DNA from: Eledone cirrhosa | Taxonomy: Eukaryota | Assembly (NCBI GenBank): GCA_964016885.1 | Contig: OZ024745.1 | Location: forward strand, 48,236,001 to 48,300,000 | DNA: 64,000 bases | Reading direction: 5' to 3' | Part shown: positions 52,404 to 64,000 of the stretch, piece after piece | Numbering within the stretch: position 1 is the stretch's first letter | Layout: each line of letters begins with the position of its first letter | Program-made: the position numbers and the translations under genes | Notes under the pieces: generated by a model | Seen by the model: the letters and a program-made list of their open reading frames with translations, nothing else | Told to the model about the DNA's origin: nothing | Databases searched by the model: none

Positions 52404-52591
52404 TGATCTTATTCTGTATGGCTGCTGTCATCTTCCCAATTGGCTTTAACATGGACCAGATAGGTGGATTACCTTATCAACTTCCTCACAACTTTCAAGT
52501 TGGAATTTCATATATATTTTTCGTTCTTGCATTGTGGATTACAGTTGTCTCGGAACTCTTTGTTGGAAAAGTATGTGTGCCGCATTTGTGA
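52404..52591 (+). CDS. MOSMO: MOSMO coding exon 3 (spliced CDS 507 nt, 168 aa tetraspan)
   Basis: Poly-T acceptor TAG|. A|TG restores MILFCMAAVIFPIGF...GGLPYQLP...GISYIFFVLALWITVVSELFVGKVCVPHL*. AATAAA at 52655. Confidence 0.94.
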
Positions 52592-52854
52592 AAAAAAAAA
52601 AAAAATCTCTACAACTCATGTATAAAACATTGTCTTTCATTTTCGAAAAGCTGAAATAAACTATTTCAAATATAGACTTAAAATATTAGAATGTGATTCG
52701 TTCTTTCAGAGTGTAATTTGTCTACAGTAGACATTAAATATTTCTCTATTATTTCATATATGTAATGTTTATTTTTGATTGTTTAAGAATAGCAGCAGCA
52801 TATCCTTGAAGTGTATGGCAACAACAAAGTCAATTCTGAACTTCAAGTTCCCAT

Positions 52855-53090
52855 ATCTAGTGCTGGTACTACAAAAAGCACCCAGTCCACCCTGTAAGAC
52901 GGTTGTGGGTTGTGCTGGTTCCTCGACAAAAAAGCACCTTGTTGAACCTCTACAATGGTAGAGTTGGATAAAATGCTCCCAATATATGCTTTAAAGTAGT
53001 TGGCAATGAGTAAAACATGGTTACCTGATTGGTCTAGCTGTAGAACATGACAATTCAATTAACTCATGCAAGCATAGAAAATGGAATGAA
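52855..53090 (+). mobile_element. Degenerate RTE 3' UTR/tail fragment
   Basis: AAAAGCACCCAGTCCACCCTGTAAG sub-repeats and AACTCATGCAAGCATAGAAAATGG end. Confidence 0.65.
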
Positions 53091-55529
53091 ACACAAAGTT
53101 GACTTCGGTTGGGTTTGAAATCAAAACCTAGAAAGATGAAATTCTGTTATGTATAAAATCTGACCCATTGTTACAGTGATTCCCTATCTTTTCACTATGA
53201 ACGACTCGATTTATCTAAATGAATTTTTTCACTGACTTCTGGCTTTTGAAAAGGCTCTCTGTTCAACAAGCTATTTTTGCAGACCCTCAAGTTTGAGAAC
53301 TGTTTGCTGCATTGCTATTTCAAAATTGTAATAATAATTCCTACTTTGGTGGTCTTCAGACAGAGGAATACTAGCCACCCATCCCTCCCAACAGCTGATG
53401 GTGAGTCAATTTTCATGATGGCCAGATCTGTCCTACATGACAGCAGCTGTTCAACACAAACCCTTAAATTGGTAATGTACAGATACTGAATAAGTGCATG
53501 CAGGACATTTTTGTCTCCCAGTATGAAATTGAAATAGGTTCAGATGCTGGTGCTTCTGTGACTATAAAGCTTGTCTCAAATCGATAATGTTCCTCATTGT
53601 CAGGCCCAAAAATTTCAGAAGTTGTCTATAATTCCAGTCTCCAGAATAGACTGCTTAAACTGTCCCTGCCGACACCCAGAATTATTACCAGGCCATTGTT
53701 ACCCACTATTAAGCCTGTATAGAATGTGAGTGTTGTCTTTCTGCTAACCACACTGTCCAGCCGACAGAGTACAGTGAGCACTTGGCAGCATTCCAGATGC
53801 CAAATGCCCGACCTTGGTCTATGCTACTTATGGCTACTTGGTCAGAGGTAAACTTCAGAAAGGTGTGTCACATGTATGGTACCTACATCAGTTTACCTTT
53901 ATTATCAGGTATTCATATACTTCATATACTGCATCTTGTTATAATTAATGTTTACACTGTATTTGAAGGGATGATTGGTAAACACTTGTGGACATATATT
54001 ATAAGCAGCCTGTTGAATATAACTGGTCTGGAATGGCGGTGTATTTTATAATCTTTAACAAGTACTATCGCTATCATCATTATTTTATTATCAGGCTCTG
54101 AATTATTTAACTAAATAATTAAATGAGATGGTTCTCTTAAAGGCAAAATACTATTTTCCCCTTGATTATGCCTGCTGTGCACCTTCCTGTTACTTGATTT
54201 ATCTGAGGGTGTATAACTAATTATAAATTCATTTCTAAATCTAAGAAACAGGAGGCCACCCAATTTAAGGGAAGCAAATCCTCTCGCATGTAAAATATGA
54301 CTAACATGTGTAAAAACCCTAATCATTATCTCTATATTCTGTTCAATGATTAATAATGTCATTTAATGATGTTATTTTCCAAAAATAACATAATCAGTGT
54401 AAATTGTTCAGTATTTTATAAATTAACGTAATTTACAGCTAAAATATCAATAAATTCATTGATGATGGATTTAAAGTCATCATCATTCTGTCTGCTTTCC
54501 ATGCTGGCATGTGTTAGAATGGTCGTCACAGTCCGTGTAAGTTCTTATTCAGAGTTACTGCCGTCCTAAATAGTTTTGGGAGCTACTATGTCAAGTGTAG
54601 CTAAAGTGTGAGAAGAGTTGCTTCCCTTGATTTTACACTGTTACTTCAGTGTTTTTTTGAAGAGAGTAAGGTATGACTGAAGATTTGGCTGTTATTTCTA
54701 GAAAATCAAGCGTCTGTGTAGAGGTTCTTGTTGACTTATATGTGTTTGTATGTGGGGAGAGAGAGGATATAGGTAAACCAAAAGTTTTCTTTAAAACAGA
54801 TTTCTTGATTAAAATACGTTAATTATCTTGGATGTGTTTTACACCTTCAAAGTAAAACAGCATTAGAGAAATGATTGGGTACACTTTTGAACAGAGTAGT
54901 AGCTTCTGCATTTATGAAGAAGTCAACACTTTCATTATACAAATATATAAAGCCTGATATATGTATTGTTTTTTTAGTCCAAGTTCTTGAATCTGTAAAC
55001 GGCATTCCAACCGATAATTTTTTTTTTTTTTTTTTTTTTTTTCAAAGTGTATCAAATTAAATTTTACAATGGCAGACATTAATAAAGTGTGAGAGGAGTA
55101 CCTTTGCCTGCAATATCTTTGTTTATGTTTCTTTGTTACCTCCCTTGTGGGAAATTGGCATAGTTATTTCAACGTGTCTTAGTTGCAATATTCTGGAATA
55201 ACACATTCTCTATTTTGTCCGCTGGGATCATGAAGTGATATGGGCTTGGGATTCTGCATAGCAGAAATCATTCTCCCACATTCTCCAGGGATCATCCTTG
55301 TTAGTGCAGTAATGCAAGCATGTTTAATGCCAGCATAATTGATGTGACACATTTTCTAAAATTAGTCAAACAAGTTAGGAAATCAACAAGCGATTATGTT
55401 CACTTTTTCTGTCTCTAGGGGTTTATATGTTCAACTTGTTCAGCTATTTTATAGTTAAACCTGTGTTGCAGCAGCTTACACTAAGTCAAATACTTTCCAA
55501 ATGAAATAATTAATAATTTTAGTAAATCC

Positions 55530-56040
55530 TTCCCATGTACACAGGATGAAACAAACATGTAGAGGAAAACAGTTAGCACCAATCTTCTACCTACCCCTTC
55601 CAATTCACCCTTCATTGTCTTAACACCGCTCTCCCACCAATTAAATACCCCACTCACCTTGCCTATGTCCAATTCATGCTTATAAGCATTGAAAGCTGGG
55701 CACACTACATTTGTTCCCTCATGATACTGCTTCCATGGCAAAAAAAAATCACTACGTCCACCCTGTATGGTGATCTGGTTTCACAACAAAAGCATCCAGT
55801 CCACCCTGTAAGGTGTTTGTGTTGGTGACCTGACAAAAACAAATCACCCAGTCCACCCTGTACTGTGGTTGGTGTTAGGAAGGGCATCCAGCTGTAGAAA
55901 CTAAACCAAAATACAGATTTATATGAGCAAGACATGGTCATATAAATGTTATGGCTGTCATGTTATGGACTTGTCTCATAACATGACAGCCCGTCTAACC
56001 CATGCACGCTTGGAAAATTGGATGTTAAACAATACTGATG
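55530..56040 (+). mobile_element. RTE 3' UTR copy
   Basis: Colinear with 44790-45425. Confidence 0.8.
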
Positions 56041-56448
56041 AAATCCCTCAAGGTTTTAACTGATTAATTAGTTAATTGAAATGCTGTGTAATTCATTAAA
56101 AACCTGATCCTGATGTTCATTGTAGTAACCTTATACAACCGAACTCTGATGAAACATAATGAAAGAACAAGCCTCTTTTCTATGAACTTATTAATGTACT
56201 TTTCCATTGCCTCTACTCTCATTAATATATTTGGAGTGGACATATGGAAGAAAAGACATCATGAATTAATCAGTTTCTTCTTATTCTTTATTTTAACTAC
56301 CTTTTCTTTATTTTCTGCTTTCTACTACATCCAGTACATAAAGGCTACAAAAGGAGTCAACAACAGAATCTTTTAGTTGCTTTATGGCTCGCCTACTTGT
56401 TTTCCTCCTGTTTTCACCCTCCCCCCTCTTTCTTGTTTTCTGTTTCTG

Positions 56449-56635
56449 AACAAACTACCTGCATCAGTTGTTAACTGTCGAGACACTGCATCCTTTAAAA
56501 CCTCCATGCTTCCTGAGATTCGCCAACACTACACCTGATGTCCCACTCCATACACACACACACATGTATATCATGACTCATGATGAGTTGTAGTGCACCT
56601 GAGCACTGTACACAATAATTTCATTATTATTATAA
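56449..56635 (+). mobile_element. Short 3' end of the same CR1/L2 LINE
   Basis: Near-identical to the reverse complement of ~49000-49128, followed by the same (ATT)n tail. Confidence 0.9.
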
Positions 56636-56642
56636 TTAATAA

Positions 56643-56968
56643 TTAACTTTGCCTTTCATTCTTACGGGGTTGATAAAATAAAGTACCAGTAATGTACTGG
56701 ATAATTGCTGGCCTTGTGCCTAAAGTAGAAACAATTATTATTATTATTATTATTATTATTAATAGGGCGGTGGATTGGCAGTACTGGTAAAGGGTTGGAC
56801 GCCATGCTTTGCAGCATAAGTTACGGCCCTTTATGAGCTGAGTTCAAATCCCGCCGAGGTTAACTTTGCCTTTCATCCTTACGGGGTCGATAAAATAAAG
56901 TACCAGTAATGAACTGGGTAATTGCTGGACTTGTGCCTAAAGTAGAAACAATTATTATTATTATTATT
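56643..56968 (+). mobile_element. Two tandem SINE family 1 copies (3' half at 56643-56760; full copy at 56765-56968)
   Basis: A/B boxes in the second copy; both end in (ATT)n. Confidence 0.9.
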
Positions 56969-57528
56969 AATTGTAAGGTGTATTAGATAGCTCACCTACT
57001 CAGTCATGGCTTACCAGCTCTATAAAAACATTTAAAATTTATTAGATAAATGAATAAATAAATAATATACTCTGGGAGGAAAGAGAGCAGTGTTCATGAC
57101 CTCAGAGACCTGTGGGAGAAAGAGAGAAGGTATCCTCAAACTGAAGATCTAGCTTGAATATTTGCAACTGAGTGGACTCAGCTGAAAGCACACAAGAGAC
57201 AGATGGTGGTGCTAAAATGGGAGTCAGATTAAGTCCACAACCTTGGTAGACTTCAGCACTTAGAATGCAAAGAGCCAGAACAAATACCACAAGGTATTAT
57301 GCACAACTCTCTATCAATTCTACCAATCCACCACCTTGGACTGGTACATTAGTTTATCAACCCCAATAGAATGACACTCAGCAGGATTTGAAGTCAGGAT
57401 GCAGAGAGCTAGAACAAATACCACTAAGTATTTTATACTACACTCCAACTTCTTAGTGAGTTCTCCCCCATTGGTGGCGATTACTTTGAATCATTATTGT
57501 CTCATTCATGGCCTCATCAAACCCAACA

Positions 57529-57616
57529 TGGTACACTTTATAGGATAATCTAGAGTGGCACACTTTATAGGATAATCTAGAGTGGCACACTTTATAGATA
57601 ATCTGATATGGCACAC
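57529..57616. repeat. 27-bp tandem repeat, about 3 copies (TGGCACACTTTATAGGATAATCTAGAG)
   Basis: Seen directly, at the 5' junction of the RTE fragment. Confidence 0.85.
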
Positions 57617-58980
57617 CTAGATTTGAAAGGCTTAAAAGTAAATTTAGCAACGAAGACTGGAAGGTTATACCATCAGGGAAATGGCCTTGTTCGATGTGTC
57701 AGAAAGGGGTGGGCAGAAATTCCATAAGGTGCACTCAATGTAACCTATGAATACACAAGAGATATAGTGAGATTGCAAGCAGGCTAATGGAAAAGATAGA
57801 CTTTACATGCGAAAGATGCACTGGGGAAGTGAGCACAAAGAGCTCACATAAAATAGATTCTCTCAGCTGCCAGGAGGGCTCCATAGAAGTTGTTGACAGT
57901 GTTCACTACTTAGGCGATCAAATTAGCAGTGGGGGGACAATGCACTCAAAGTGTGATATCTAGGATCAGAACAGGCTGAAAGAAGTTTAGAGATCTATTA
58001 CTGCTGTTAACAACAAAATGCTTTTCTCTCAGAGTGAAGGGTAAACTGTATCATGCCTGTGTGCAAACTGCAATGTTACATGGCAGTGAAACATGGCCCT
58101 TGACTACAGAAGACCTGCCAAGGCTAGAAAAAAATGAGCCGAGTATGCTCCGAATGATGTGTAATGTTAGTGTGCATGAGTGACATAGCATAAGCAACCT
58201 GAGAGAAAAACTTGGTATAAGAGGAATTGAATGTAGTGAAGACTACATTGGTATGGACATGTGATGTGCATGGAAGATAACAACTGCATAACGAAATGCA
58301 GAGAAACCCCAGTTGCTGGGACCCATGTAAGACCTAGGAAGACATGGGATGAGGTGAAGGCTGACCTTAAGAAACTAAAGCTCAACAGAAATGACTAAAG
58401 ATTGTGAGGATTGGCACTATGTGGTGCCAAAGTTGAACTGACCTGCAACTACAATTTGGTCTGACCCCACTTCTTCCACCACAGCTCACCAACAGCTATC
58501 CTTGACATCACTACAACCCTCACCCTCACCGCACACACACCATGCCTCTTCCCTACACACACTCCTAACTGCTGTCCCCTTGTGAAGTGGTTGGTGATGT
58601 GAAGGACATCCAGCAAGGGAGGACCTGCCCAATAAAGGGTTGGGAGGACCCTTCAATCATGCCAAGGCATGACAGCTTCCCTAGTATTTGGTGACCTACA
58701 CGATAAATGCACCTGGTACATGCTGTAAAGTGGTTGGTGATAGGAAGAGCATCCAGCTGTAGAAAGTTTGCCAAACAAAGGGCTGGGAGGACCCTCAGTT
58801 GTGTCAAATACATGACAACCTCCATTGTGTACAACTGTACATAAGTGAGACAACAGATCCCGCGCTTGTCTGGGAGATCAGTAGCCACCGCTTCAGTACT
58901 GACTTGGTCTATGTAGACCCCTTCAATACTTGCTAGCAGGAAAAGCAGACGATATGATGATGATAATGATGATGATGATC
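57617..58980 (+). mobile_element. Decayed RTE LINE 3' portion with UTR and (GAT)n tail
   Basis: WPCSMCQKGVGRNSIRCTQC, EVVDSVHYLGDQISSG, GKLYHACVQTAMLHGSETWP...RLEKNEPSMLRMMC and RPRKTWDEVKADL, with stops and frameshifts. Confidence 0.88.
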
Positions 58981-58998
58981 ATCATCACCGTTTTACGT

Positions 58999-59408
58999 CC
59001 GTTCTTCCACGCTAGCATGGGTTAGACGGGTTGTCCTGTTGTGGGCAGTGTCTGGTCGGCTGACCATGCCTTGCTCATACAGGAACTGATTTGGCTTGAT
59101 TTCTACAGTTGGATGCCCTTCCTAACACCAACCTCATTTACAGTGAGTGCTGGGTGCTTTTTCGTGGCGCCTACACGTCCACTTTACAGTGTGGGCTGGG
59201 TGCTTTTTTACCGTGGCACCTCCACGACCACGATGATGATATATATATATATATATATATCACTGTAAATGAGGTTGGTGTTAGGAAGGGCATCCAGCTG
59301 TAGAAATCAAGCCAGAATCAGTTCCCGTATGAGCAAGGCATGGTCAGCTGACCGGACACTGCCCACAACAGGACAACCCGTCTAACCCATGCTAGCATGG
59401 AAGAACGG
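58999..59408. repeat. Long inverted repeat of two RTE/SINE tail copies (arms 58999-59146 and 59260-59408)
   Basis: Arms are reverse complements with 5 substitutions and 1 indel (eye count); spacer is 113 bp. Confidence 0.93.
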
Positions 59409-60263
59409 TGATGATGATGATATACACACATATTTCACATTTGAAATCCAGAAGTAAAAAATAAACCTCTTATCCATATCATTATTATAGACAAATGGGA
59501 TGTTGTGACAGCCATACCTTACCTAAGGAGTGCAGTGATATAATATAAATAGTTACTTTTGTAAATAAAAATTAAGTCCCAAACCCAGTTTGCAAGGCAG
59601 CTTGTTCCTGCAATAAGCTGCCTTCCATAGAGATTTCACAAATAAATAATCTAAATGCAATTTTATCTTATGAAAATATTTTCTTTTATAATCATACATA
59701 ATTTTGCCAGTTCTTACAGCTTACACTTGTTCACCTTGCATATACAGTGTCTATCGACCTACCCTGTGTTATAGAGGAAGTTTGCCAAATGCTGATGTAA
59801 GAAATGGTGGCAGTTGCCTCATTACATATGTATCTTCTGCATCAACAATTACACATCATCGTAAAACTAAAATTTCATTCAGATACTTTCCTTCTCATGT
59901 TTTCATAAGCTATACTATAGGGATTAGCACTCTATAATTGTCACTTTCTCTAATACACTACCCTTGACTTGCATATAATAGTCATTAATCTAACAGCTTA
60001 ATCTTATTAAGCTAAGCAGTTAATTAACATTGCCTCTATCCATCCTGATACTTTCACCATCTTAGCAGCTATCCTTGAAAGAAGTCTTACAACTTTACTA
60101 GGCTTCATCTCATTAATTACTTAGCAGATTTCTAAAGTAATATTTTTTCCTAATTACCTTAACTTATTATTTCATATAATTATACACCAACAAAGGAGCC
60201 ACCACATGGTTACTCAACCTGCTATAATTGTGGCCAAAATATTTTCAAATTTTACCCTACTAT

Positions 60264-60449
60264 GTGCAGGCATGGCTGCTTGGTCAAGGAGTCTGCTTTG
60301 CAAGCTTGTGCTTTTAGGTTCAGTCCCACTGCGTGGCAAGTGTGTTTTACTGTAGCCTTGGATTGGTCAATGTACTGCAAGGGAAATTTGGTAAACAAAA
60401 CCTGTGCAGAAGCCAAATATTTGTATGTAAGTGTATTTCTGTGTGTGTA

Positions 60450-60480
<31 letters not shown>

Positions 60481-60670
60481 CTGAGTTTACATATACTATT
60501 TGCCTGTATCCTGTAACTTAGTTCATCAAATAGACATCGATAAAATAAGTTCCAGACTTCAACAATAAAGTACTGCAGTTGATAGGATTGACTAATTTCC
60601 TTGAAGGTAGTAGTGGCCTAGCTGCAGTATAGCTGCAGTACAGCTGCAGTCAAATGACTAACCAATAAAA
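60264..60670 (+). mobile_element. Degenerate tRNA-derived SINE with internal (TG)n
   Basis: GCAGGCATGGCTGCTTGGTCAAG head, GGTTCAGTCCCACTGCGTGGC B-box region, GATAAAATAAGTTCCAG tail. Confidence 0.65.
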
Positions 60671-60938
60671 GAATTAAAAAATACTGTCTAAAAAATGTAT
60701 TAAATAACACAGATCTGTCATTTGAAGCTAGTCAATGAGCCAACAAACTATATACCATAGAACAGATCTGAACTGACCTGGGGCCACACAACAACTTTTA
60801 TATCCAGTCCTTCATATCAGGAATATAAGAACAGTATAGAATAGGTTTATAAATAAATGAATAAACTGAATATAAAATTAATAGACAATAATGGTTAATT
60901 ACTTATAAATAAGAAACATGTATAAGTAAATAGTATTT

Positions 60939-61100
60939 CAGTATCGGTAGAGGGTCGGACGCCATGCTTTGCAGCATAGAGTTACGCACCTTTACGGTCT
61001 GAGTTCAAATCCCGCCATGGTTAACTTTTTCTTTCATCCTTACGGGGTCGATAAAATAAAGTACCAGTAATGTACTGGAATAATTGCTGGCCTTGTGCCA
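60939..61100 (+). mobile_element. SINE family 1
   Basis: CAGTATCGGTAGAGGGTCGGACGCC...GAAACAATTATT. Confidence 0.9.
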
Positions 61101-61394
61101 CAAGTAGAAACAATTATTATATATTTTTCATTTTTTATACAAATGTCAGATTTTGACTAAAAGTTCAACCAAGCCCCTGTGTAGTCACATTCACATCTGA
61201 TTTAGCTTCATATCAGATTTAGCTCATGTGATTGAGAAGACCTATGATCAAAGGTTTAGCTCCATATCAGCTTCAATTGAAAAGTCCTATAATCAAAGGT
61301 TTATATCCATATCAGCTCTGATTGATCAAAGGTGATCAGATCATCTTTTTTTTCAAACACAGTTTATCTAAGGGCCACATTATTCAATTTTTTA

Positions 61395-61598
61395 CCCTTT
61401 CATTACTGTATCTCTAATAAAATACACTGCCTATCTATGTGTTTAAATTAATTTTGAAAATAGCAAAGTATTTCCTGTCAGAAGTAACTATCTCCAACTA
61501 GATCCCCCAAGTGAAACCAGCCAAGCTCATGGAAAGCGTGCTTGTGGACTCTGCCCCCACAAACCTCAAAAATAAGCGGATGAAGAAGAAGAAGGCAA

Positions 61599-61643
<45 letters not shown>

Positions 61644-61779
61644 AGTTTCATTAGTAAGGACATTACTCTAAAATTTCCAAAATAAAATTAAAGTTAAAGG
61701 ATTTAATATATTTTTTTAAAAGAGCAGTTTTATATATCATTAATTTCGACCAATTTCAGGCAGTTTGGTATCAAAAGAG
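61395..61779 (-). mobile_element. MITE family B, interrupted by a short probable LINE 3' end with (GAA)/(GTA)n tail (~61473-61645)
   Basis: CCCTTTCATTAC...GTATCAAAAGAG|TTAA ends. Confidence 0.6.
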
Positions 61780-62239
61780 TTAAAACAGTTGGACATGATA
61801 TGAGGAAGAATTGGCTGCAATTTCTAGAAGACTGAATAACCATATAGGATCTCTTCCATTTGCACAGTTACACATTATTTAAAGAGTTTCTGGTTCAACA
61901 AGTTCAAATTCAGCTTTCATTTGTTTTACAAGGTTGATTAACTATAATAGGACAGTGATATATATATATAGTACATTTACTTTGATCCATTTTTCCACAA
62001 TAAATACTGTTGTACTTAGTCAAAAGAAATCCTTGTTATATTGGTCTCCATTCAACCATCTATAATCATTTACTTAGAGAAATCAATATTCTTGTGTATA
62101 TAACTCTCATTATATAACTGTATACAAGTATATATGTAAAACATTAAGTGCATCTTCAAATCTTTATTGTTTTCCATATAATATATATGTGCATGTGTGT
62201 ATATATGCATATATATGTTTGTGTGTGTGTGTGTGTATA

Positions 62240-62339
62240 CAGGGTGTCCCAAAAAATGTATATACACTTTGATTACCTGTACAGGTAATATCTATTAGAA
62301 TGCTGTTGAAGTGAGTATACATTTTTTGGGGACACCATG
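62240..62339 (+). mobile_element. 100-bp Tc1/mariner-like MITE
   Basis: TA|CAGGGTGTCCCAAAAAATGTATA...TATACATTTTTTGGGGACACCATG terminal inverted repeats, inserted in TA/TG microsatellite. Confidence 0.8.
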
Positions 62340-62614
62340 TGTGTGTGTATATATATATATATATATAGTAATAAGTAGGAGAAAGTTCATTAAGTTTATT
62401 CAGGTGTGACATGCGTTTTGCGATTGATCAGCTCAAGGTTTGATTTGTATTGGTTAGGCTTTGTGTCATTAGATTGGTATGTCCTTTAGGGAGGATGTGT
62501 TGTGGAACCTCACCATGGTGTTCTAGGTAACAGCTTGACTTGAGTAGGAGCTTGTAGCTTAATGTATAGTAACCTTATGTTACTATACATTAAGATATAA
62601 ATATATATATATAA

Positions 62615-62813
62615 CAGTTTCTGATTTAGCCACAATTTTGGGGTGGAGAAAGTCAATTAAATCCACCCCAGTGCGTTACTGGTACTTTATTTTATCAACA
62701 CCGTAAGGCAAAGCTAACCTCGGTGGGATTTGAACCCAGAACGTAAAGGGTCGCAACTCTATGCCATTAAGCATGTTGTCCGACACTCTACCAATACTGC
62801 CAATCCACCGCCC
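62615..62813 (-). mobile_element. SINE family 1
   Basis: Colinear with 46575-46791. Confidence 0.85.
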
Positions 62814-62935
62814 TTAATATATATTTAATAATAAGGAAAGGATTTAGGTCAATAACCTGTGATTTCGATCTCATTTACAATTTGCTCAACAAAGTCATTT
62901 GGAGCGTATGCCTAGGAGTAATTGTACTATTTGTA

Positions 62936-62978
<43 letters not shown>

Positions 62979-62981
<3 letters not shown>

Positions 62982-63078
62982 GGTGTCCCAAAAAATGTAT
63001 ACACATTTCAACAGCATTCTAATAAATATTGCCTGTACAGGTAATCAAAGTGTGTATACATTTTGGGGGGACTCCTCG
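62979..63078 (-). mobile_element. Second copy of the 100-bp Tc1/mariner-like MITE, inverted
   Basis: Same terminal repeats. Internal sequence is the reverse complement of 62240-62339. Confidence 0.8.
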
Positions 63079-63237
63079 TATAAATATATATATATCAATA
63101 TATGTGATCTGATTAAATATAAACTAACATTTCCAGATCCAATGAATAAAAGGTTTTTTTTTTCTTTTTTAACATATTTAATTATTTCAGTATTTAAGTA
63201 TAGTATATTTTTATGATTCAGTGAACGAGATACAGGT

Positions 63238-64000
63238 TGTGGTTACATGCCACATTGCTACTGAATGGACCATGTGGTTACATGCCACATTGCTACTGAA
63301 TGGACCATGTGGTTACATGTCAGATTGCTACTGAATGGACCATGAGGTTACATGCCACATTGCTACTGAATGGACCATGTGGTTACATGCCACATTGCTA
63401 CTGAATGGACCATGTGGTTACATGCCACATTGCTACTGAATGGACCATGTTGTTACATGCCAGATTTCTACTGAATGGACCATGTGGTTACATGCCACAT
63501 TGCTACTGAATGAACCATGTGGTTACATGTCAGATTGCTACTGAATGGACCATGTGGTTACATGCCACATTGCTACTGAATGGACCATGTGGTTACATAC
63601 CACATTGCTACTGAATGGACCTTGTGGTTACATGCCACATTGCTACTGAATGGACCATGTGGTTACATGCCACATTGCTACTGAATGGACCATGTGGTTA
63701 CATGCCAGATTGCTACTGAATAGACCATGTGGTTACATGCCACATTGCTACTGAATGGACCATGTGGTTACACGCCAGATTGCTACCGAATGGACCATGT
63801 GGTTACATACCAGATTGCTACTGAATGGACCATGTGGTTACATACCAGATTGCTACTGAATGGACCATGTGGTTACATGCCACATTGCTACTGAATGGAC
63901 CATGTGGTTACATGCCACATTGCTACTGAATGGACCATGTGGTTACATACCAGATTGCTACTGAATGGACCATGTGGTTACATGCCAGATTGCTACTGAA
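63238..64000. repeat. 35-bp tandem satellite (CATGTGGTTACATGCCACATTGCTACTGAATGGAC), about 22 units, continuing past the right edge
   Basis: Seen directly, with GCCACA/GCCAGA/ACCAGA/GTCAGA variants. Confidence 0.98.

Noticed and set aside
53190-53900. Higher-GC stretch that might be an exon or TE remnant
   Set aside because: No recognisable protein motif or consistent splice signals on either strand by eye; needs BLASTX.
56140-56190. Hammerhead ribozyme (CTGATGA...GAAA)
   Set aside because: Helix I and helix II cannot pair.
61478-61663. Signal-peptide-like poly-Leu ORF
   Set aside because: Comes from a (TAG)n microsatellite tail of an insert inside a MITE.

Overview
Animal genomic DNA, AT-rich, with tRNA-derived SINEs, RTE and CR1 LINE remnants and TTAA MITEs. 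The repeats resemble octopus/cephalopod families (inference, not database-checked). Bases 1-34330 are a 28-bp satellite of about 1,230 units with a few variant types and nested higher-order duplications. It is followed by a short CCCTAA-like junction and a CAT/CAC minisatellite (34350-35190) that produces spurious poly-His ORFs. Two spliced exons missed by the ORF track (35519-35645 and 38652-38781, +) encode the end of an NTR/C345C domain, most like the last two exons of a complement C3-family gene. The satellite therefore probably sits inside a giant intron of that gene. A complete three-exon MOSMO (C16orf52/ATTHOG) ortholog lies at 47808-52591 (+). The rest is nested transposon debris, several long inverted repeats, and a second 35-bp satellite running off the right edge. 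Several tandem repeats appear to have arisen from pieces of local retroposons.
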